Part shown: positions 58,762 to 64,000 of the stretch, piece by piece
Numbering within the stretch: the first letter of the stretch is position 1
How the letters are laid out: every line of letters begins with the position of its first letter
Origin: an uncultured Actinomycetota bacterium
GTDB taxonomy: Bacteria; Actinomycetota; Actinomycetes; Mycobacteriales; Jatrophihabitantaceae
Assembly (NCBI GenBank): GCA_963757455.1
Contig: CAVWSE010000002.1
Coordinates: 64,974-128,973, forward strand
Reading direction: 5' to 3'
DNA: 64,000 nucleotides
Notes under the pieces: model-generated
Seen by the model: the letters and a program-made list of their open reading frames with translations, nothing else
Database searches by the model: none
What the model was told of the DNA's origin: nothing
Position numbers and translations under genes: made by a program

Positions 58762-60288
58762 TCAGCGCGGTCCGACGAGGGCGTCGATGAGCGATTGCGC
58801 ATCCGGGCTGTTGTCGAGCAGCTCGGCGACGTGCTTCTTCGTGCCGCGAAGGGGTTCGAGCATCGGCACGCGCACCAACGACTCGCGTCCGACGTCGAAG
58901 ATCACCGAGTCCCACGATGCGGCCGCGACCGCAGTCCCGTACCGGCGCAGGCATTCGCCGCGGAAGTACGCGCGGGTGTCCTCGGGCGGCGAGTCGACGG
59001 CGGCGCGGGCAGCGTCGTCGGGCAGCAAGGTCGTGATTGCGCCGCGCTGGACGAGGCGGTGGTAGAGGCCCTTCTCCGGACGCACGTCGGAGTACTGCAG
59101 GTCGACCAGTTGCAGGCGCGGTGAATCCCAGTCGAGGCCGTCGCGGTCACGGTATCCGTTGAGCAGTCGCAGCTTGGCGACCCAGTCGAGTTCCTTCGCC
59201 AGCTGCATCGGATCACTCGCGAGGCGCGTGAGCACCGACTCCCACCGGGCCAGCACGTCGCGCGTCTGCTCGTCGGCATCGTCGCCTTCACGGTCGTCGA
59301 CGAATTTGCGGGCCCGATCGAGGTACTCGCCCTGCAGATCGATCGCGGTGATCGTGCGTCCGTCCGCGAGCTGGATGCCGTGCGTGAGCGCCGGGTCATG
59401 ACTGATCGTGTGCAGTTCGCGCACGGGTTGCGCGATCGTCAGGTCGTCACCGAGGAAGTTGGCCTCGATCATCGCGAGCACGAGCGCGGTCGTCCCGACC
59501 TTCAGGTACGTCGAGATCTCCGCCAGGTTTGCATCGCCGATGATCACGTGCAGGCGGCGATAGCGATCGGCGTCGGCATGCGGCTCGTCGCGGGTGTTGA
59601 CGATCGGCCGCTTCAGCGTGGTTTCGAGCCCGACCTCGACCTCGAAGAAGTCGGCCCGTTGGCTGATCTGAAAACCGGACGTGCGCCCGTCCTGGCCGAT
59701 ACCGACTCGACCGGCGCCCGCGAAGACCTGGCGCGTGACGAAGAAAGGTACGAGATGTCGTACGAGGCTCGCGAAGGGGGTGTCGCGGCTGCAGAGGTAG
59801 TTTTCGTGCGCACCATACGAGGCACCCTTGTTGTCGGTGTTGTTCTTGTACAAGTTGATCGGGGCGTTGACGCCGGGCATCGAGGCGACGCGCCGCGCGG
59901 CCTCGAGCATGACGAGCTCACCCGCCTTGTCCCACCGCACGATGTCGAGCGGGTTGGTGACCTCGGGACTCGAGTACTCCGGGTGCGCATGGTCGACGTA
60001 GAGCCGGGCGCCGTTCGGCAGGATGACGTTGGCCATCCCGGTGTCCTCTTCGGCGTCGATGAACTCCTGGGCGACGGTGCCGCTGCCACCGAGGTCGAAG
60101 CCGCGTGCGTCGCGCAACGGGGACTCTTCCTCGAAGTCCCAGCTGGCGCGTCGCGCCCGTCCCGCAGGCAACCCGCTCGCGTAGGCGTTGACGACCTGTG
60201 CGGACAGGAGCATTGCGTTGGCCGAGGGCTGGCCGGGCAGGCTCACGCCGTACTCGACCTCGGTCCCCATGACCCGCCGGACGCTCAC
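58762..60288 (-). CDS. dop: Pup deamidase/depupylase Dop
   Basis: 508 aa. [33 protein letters not shown] and [35 protein letters not shown] are present, as are [14 protein letters not shown]...ASWDSVIFD. Closely parallels Rv2112c by recall. Its length and the internal loop fit Dop rather than PafA. Confidence 0.9.
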   Translation of the reverse strand: MSVRRVMGTEVEYGVSLPGQPSANAMLLSAQVVNAYASGLPAGRARRASWDFEEESPLRDARGFDLGGSGTVAQEFIDAEEDTGMANVILPNGARLYVDHAHPEYSSPEVTNPLDIVRWDKAGELVMLEAARRVASMPGVNAPINLYKNNTDNKGASYGAHENYLCSRDTPFASLVRHLVPFFVTRQVFAGAGRVGIGQDGRTSGFQISQRADFFEVEVGLETTLKRPIVNTRDEPHADADRYRRLHVIIGDANLAEISTYLKVGTTALVLAMIEANFLGDDLTIAQPVRELHTISHDPALTHGIQLADGRTITAIDLQGEYLDRARKFVDDREGDDADEQTRDVLARWESVLTRLASDPMQLAKELDWVAKLRLLNGYRDRDGLDWDSPRLQLVDLQYSDVRPEKGLYHRLVQRGAITTLLPDDAARAAVDSPPEDTRAYFRGECLRRYGTAVAAASWDSVIFDVGRESLVRVPMLEPLRGTKKHVAELLDNSPDAQSLIDALVGPR

Positions 60289-60297
60289 GACCCCAGG

Positions 60298-60753
60298 CTA
60301 CGGCGTCACGCTGCGAGATGCCCGAGCAGTCGGTTCGGGGACGATCAACACCGGGCGATGCTGATGCCGCACCAGGCGCTTCGGCACGGAGTCGCCACCG
60401 ATCAGGCGCCGCAGCCCGCCGCCGTGAGTGGCTCCGACCACGATGTACAGCGCGTCGAGCTCCGTGGCCAGCCGGGCCAACGCATGCGCGGGGTCGTCAT
60501 GCTGTTCGTGATAGGTCCAATCGACGCCGGCATCGCGCAGGTCGATCTCGAGCGCGGCCTGCTCGGCCTGTCTGCTGCGCTCGTACTCGGCCTCGAACCG
60601 TTCGCTGTCGGGATCGATTCCGTAGTCGTCGAGGGTGATGCTGTGCACGACATGCAGATGGGCAGGCAACCGGCGGGCGAGATCGACCGCGACCTGCAGC
60701 GCCGCGATGCCCGCGGCATGGCGGTCGTGTCCGACGATCAGGACGTTGCTCAC
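60298..60753 (-). CDS. Universal stress protein (UspA family)
   Basis: 151 aa. Motifs LIVGHDRH and IVVGATHGGGLRRLIGGDSVPKRLVRHQHRPVLIV. Confidence 0.8.
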   Translation of the reverse strand: MSNVLIVGHDRHAAGIAALQVAVDLARRLPAHLHVVHSITLDDYGIDPDSERFEAEYERSRQAEQAALEIDLRDAGVDWTYHEQHDDPAHALARLATELDALYIVVGATHGGGLRRLIGGDSVPKRLVRHQHRPVLIVPEPTARASRSVTP

Positions 60754-60784
60754 GTGTCACCCTCGCCGCTCACGGTAGATCTGC

Positions 60785-61147
60785 TCACGCCACGATCGCC
60801 AGCCCCACTGCGGCCGCCGCTGATGTGAGCACGGTCGTGGCCACCATGTTCGACAGCGCGGCGCGCCACGCGTTCTGCTGGATCAGCCGGACGGTCTCGA
60901 ACATCGCAGTGCTGAACGTCGTGTAGCCGCCGCAGAAGCCCGTCCCGATCACGAGGGCGACGTCCTTGCCGCTGTGGTGATAGAGCACGAAGCCGGTGAG
61001 GATGCCGAGCAGCAGCGAGCCGGTGATGTTGATCAGGACGGTGGGCCACGGGAAGGTCGTTCCGTATCGCGCACGAAACGTCGCGTCGATGACGAACCGT
61101 GCGACGGCGCCGACCGCCCCGGCCAGGCACACCAAAATGAAGATCAT
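60785..61147 (-). CDS. crcB: Fluoride channel CrcB/Fluc (second of pair)
   Basis: ATG at 61147 (ATGA overlap with the upstream crcB). Motifs GAVARF, NITGSLLLG, GFCGGYTTFSTA. Confidence 0.85.
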   Translation of the reverse strand: MIFILVCLAGAVGAVARFVIDATFRARYGTTFPWPTVLINITGSLLLGILTGFVLYHHSGKDVALVIGTGFCGGYTTFSTAMFETVRLIQQNAWRAALSNMVATTVLTSAAAAVGLAIVA

Positions 61148-61584
61148 CGTGCGCCGCCGTTGCGGTACCGGTGGTGGTTGGTCGCGGCTGCGATACCCGC
61201 GGCGGTGGCCGCTATTCCGGCGATCAGGCTCGCGGCGAGGTAGCCGCTCGCGAGGCCGGGGTCGTGGCTGCGTACGAGCAGGTCCATCTCGACGGCGAAG
61301 GTGCTGCACGTGGTCAGCGATCCGCAGAACCCGGTGCCGACCAACAGCCGGATGCGTCGCTGGGTCGAGACTCCGGCGTCGCTGCGCGCGAGTGCTTCGA
61401 GCAGTGCGCCGAGCACGAACGCGCCGACGAGATTCACGGTGAACGTTGCCCACGGCCAGCCGCCGGTCGACGTCGGGACGGCACGGGCGAACCCGTAGCG
61501 GGCGGCCGTGCCGATGATGCCGCCGAGCGCGACGAGCGCGATCGCTCCGAGGCGTATTCCACTGCCGGATCGGGCTTCGGTCAC
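61144..61584 (-). CDS. crcB: Fluoride channel CrcB/Fluc (first of pair)
   Basis: GTG at 61584 behind a GAGGAGGAG SD. Motifs GTAARY, NLVGAFVLG, GFCGSLTTCSTF. Confidence 0.85.
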   Translation of the reverse strand: MTEARSGSGIRLGAIALVALGGIIGTAARYGFARAVPTSTGGWPWATFTVNLVGAFVLGALLEALARSDAGVSTQRRIRLLVGTGFCGSLTTCSTFAVEMDLLVRSHDPGLASGYLAASLIAGIAATAAGIAAATNHHRYRNGGAR

Positions 61585-61599
61585 ACACTCCTCCTCAGG

Positions 61600-61676
61600 T
61601 CGGAGGAGCCATCAGCCCGACAGCGGGCGGTTCAGACCGCGGGACGAGCCGGCCTCGGCGGAGATCCATCGCCAGG
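61600..61676 (-). ncRNA. Fluoride riboswitch (crcB motif) with SD-sequestering expression platform
   Basis: The minus-sense sequence reads GGCGAUGGAUCUCCGCC, then a variable insert, then AACCGCCCGCUGUCGGGCUGAUGGCUCCUCC, followed by GACCUGAGGAGGAGUGUGUG(start). The conserved blocks GGCGAUGG, AACCGCC and GCUGAUGnCUCCU fit the crcB motif from memory. CUCCUCC can pair with the GGAGGAG SD. Confidence 0.7.
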
Positions 61677-61762
61677 TGTCAGCGTAGAGGACGGCGATCA
61701 CCTCTTCCCCCGCTGTGCCCGGTCGGCGCGCCGCGAACCGGGCGCAACCGAGTAAAGCCTGA

Positions 61763-63673
61763 TCACGACAACAGCGCGGGTACAGGACAGTGCACCAGCG
61801 CGCAGGCTGTGCGCAGCAGTTCGGCCTCGGCGATCGCGAGCTTGCCGTCGTGGGCGATCGCTGCGGCAAGGGCCTCGATGAGCGGCTTCTTGTGGCGCGG
61901 GTCCAGCCCGTCGAGCGGCGCCCAGACGGCGTCGAGCGCGCTCACGAAATCGCGGGGCGGTTGGAGCGGCTGCGGCGGCAGACCGAGTGCGGTCACGCCT
62001 GCGGCGAACGCGCGCTGGGCGGAGTCGGCGGTGTCGTTGCCGGCCGCCGCTACGACCGCGAGCAGTGTGATCGCAGCCTGCTGCTGTTGCTGCACCGTGG
62101 CCCGTCCCGGACGCGAGCGGCGCACGGGGTCGAGCGAGTCCTGCACATAGGCGCGTACGAGGCGGGTCAGGCAGTACTCGTGCACGGTGAACGTGCCGTC
62201 GGCCAGCGCCAATTCGTCCAGCAGGCCGATCAATGCGTCGAGTCGCTGCGGTGGACGGGCGACGACGCTGGGCATCGCGATCGCGAGGAGCGGGATGCGC
62301 AGCAGGGGCGGCACGGCTGCGACGCGTTCGTATTCGGCACCGGCGGCGGTCGCGGCGTCGGGTGACAACCGCGTGGCGATCAGGCCGAGCTGGCGCTCGC
62401 GCACCTGCGGCGAGGAGTCGAGCAACATCGCCAGCACGAGCGGCAGTGCGGTGGTGACCTGCGTGGCGAGCGCTCGCACGTCCGCGCCGAGTTGTGCTGA
62501 CAGAGCTGCTCCGCGCGCGAGGTCGTCCGGCGTGAACGTGCCGACGCGCGCCGAGATCTGCGTCGGGGTGACCTGGACGTGCTGCGCGGGCGCAGGTGCT
62601 TGGGGTCCGACAAGTCCGAGCTGTGCGTCCTCGGCCATCCCGTTCGGCGGGTCGTCGTGGTACTGCTGCTGCAGCGCCGCGATGGCCGCCGGGTCGAAGC
62701 CAGGCTCGAGCGCCTTGATGCGATCGAGCAGCGGCGGGTGCGTCGCCCACAGCTGGCTGACCGAACGCCTGCCCTCGCCGAAGAGCATGTGGTTGATCTG
62801 TTGCTCGCTGTGCGCTGTCCGCCAAGGCCGAGCCGGTCGGTACTCCGGCGATCTTCTTCAACGCGCCGGTCAGCCCGGACGTCTGGCGCGTGAACTGCAC
62901 GGACGACGCGTCAGCCAGCCATTCGCGTTGCCGCGACACGGCCGCCTTGATCAGACCGGCGAAGAACTGGCCGATGAAGCCGAGGACCAACGCGGCGATC
63001 GCGAAGACGACGACCGGGCCGGCGTTCTTGTCTCGTCGAGCGGCCACCGCCGAAAGCGAGCACACGCAGTCCGACCAGCCCGAGTAGCAGCAGCCCGTTC
63101 AGCAGCCCGATCAGCCGCAGGTTCAGCTTCATGTCGCCGTTGAGGACGTGGCTGAACTCGTGCCCGATGACACCTTGCAGCTCGTCGCGGTTGAGTTGAT
63201 GAAGCGCGCCCGCCGTCACTGTGACGGCCGCGTCGGCCGGTGTGTAGCCCGCCGCGAAAGCATTGATGCCCTCTTCGCGTTCCAGCACGAACAACCGCGG
63301 CATCGGGCACGCCCGACGCGATCGACATCTCTTCGACGACGTTGATGAAGCGGCGCAGCTGTGGATCAGAGGTGGTCGGGTCGACCGGCACCGCGCCGAC
63401 CGACTGCGCGACCGCCACTCCCCCGGCTCGCAGCGCGATCAGCTTCGTCGTCGTACCGCCGCCGATGATCAGCAAGGTGCCGACCGTTGCGACGACGACC
63501 CAGCCGATCGTCGCGGACGCACCTTGCGACCGCACCGCGACGAGCACGAGCAGGTCGATCGCGGCGACGATCGACAGCACGCCGAGCAGGAAGAGAACAA
63601 CGAGCTTCGCGGACGTCCCGCGCGCGGCGTGTTGGCGCGCGAAGAAGTCGACGCCGGACGGCTGAGCGGCCAC
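61763..63673 (-). pseudogene. M48-family (HtpX-like) zinc metallopeptidase with long C-terminal domain, broken by 3 frame shifts
   Basis: Segments lie in ORFs 62951..63673 (N-terminal TM part up to EEMSIASGVP) and 62911..63303 (PRLFVLE...GVIGHEFSHVLNGD, containing HExxH). The rest lies in 61698..63065 (VVVFAIAALVLGF...REWLADASSVQFT) and 61763..62788 (C-terminal about 340 aa). Each break is a -1 step on the minus strand, meaning an apparent +1 insertion. Confidence 0.75.
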
Positions 63674-63676
63674 CGC

Positions 63677-64000
63677 TCAGAACTGCACCTTCGGAGCTTC
63701 GCGGGTCTCGGGGTGGTCGGGTCCGATCTCCCACAGCGCCGCGGTCTCGAAGTGGAACATGCCGGCCAGCACGCTGGTCGGGAACACCTGGCGACTGTTG
63801 TTGTACGCGTTCACCGAGTCGTTGTAGGCCTGCCGGCTGAACGCCACGCGGTTCTCGGTGGACGTCAGTTCCTCCGACAACTGCTGCATGTTCTGGCTGG
63901 CCTTCAGGTCCGGGTACGACTCGGCCACCGCGGTGAACCGTCCGAGTGCGGACGCGAGCGCACCCTGCGTCTGCGCGAGCTGGGACATCGCGGCAGGGTC
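63677..64000 (-). CDS. lemA: LemA family protein, N-terminus beyond the right window edge
   Basis: Motifs AESYPDLKASQNMQQLSEELTSTENRVAFSRQAYNDSVNAYN and FPTSVLAGMF. The reading frame stays open through position 64000. It is the usual upstream partner of an M48 peptidase. Confidence 0.8.
   Translation of the reverse strand, partial: DPAAMSQLAQTQGALASALGRFTAVAESYPDLKASQNMQQLSEELTSTENRVAFSRQAYNDSVNAYNNSRQVFPTSVLAGMFHFETAALWEIGPDHPETREAPKVQF

Overview
High-GC (about 70%) actinobacterial chromosome segment dominated by a cholesterol/steroid catabolic supercluster. I saw no rRNA, tRNA, CRISPR array, IS element or integrase.

Layout:
- 1-15.5 kb: housekeeping and accessory genes. These include amidases, a GNAT, a YciI-ECF sigma pair, an AraC-glyoxalase pair, a WYL regulator fused to a TsaA/TrmO-like domain, an ArsR-MFS pair, and a degraded DUF222/HNH gene.
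- 15.5-25 kb: KstR2 (HIP/ring C-D) block. Gene order is fadE30-SDR-kstR2-fadA6 divergent from fadD3-crotonase-fadE31-fadE32-fadE33-SnoaL, with one KstR2 operator in the divergent promoter.
- 25-28.4 kb: a secreted multi-repeat protein and an AAA+ ATPase sit directly behind the hsa operon.
- 28.4-56 kb: KstR regulon. It contains hsaBCDA, kshA, kshB, kstD, hsd4B, extra dehydrogenases, ltp2, chsH1/chsH2, fadE28/fadE29, a WS/DGAT-esterase pair, a fadE34-like gene and kstR. Eight KstR boxes (TnnAACnnGTTnnA) lie in five divergent promoters.
- 56-64 kb: MarR-MFS, a P-loop protein, a stand-alone dop, a USP, a crcB pair behind a fluoride riboswitch, a frameshifted M48 peptidase, and lemA (partial at the window edge).

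Most striking observations:
1. About 33 reading-frame breaks fall in 13 otherwise well-conserved genes. About 22 of them lie within 47.5-55.3 kb, and about 28 of 33 behave as +1 insertions. This points to consensus or assembly error rather than natural decay, but it needs checking.
2. An unusual nested inverted repeat plus a 12-bp tandem array lies between kstR and marR.
3. The WYL-TsaA regulator fusion is an unusual domain combination.
4. dop has no pup or proteasome genes beside it.
5. The AAA+ ATPase and secreted repeat protein are appended to the hsa operon.

None of these is a demonstrated novel system. All calls rest on reading the sequence and family knowledge, not on database searches.
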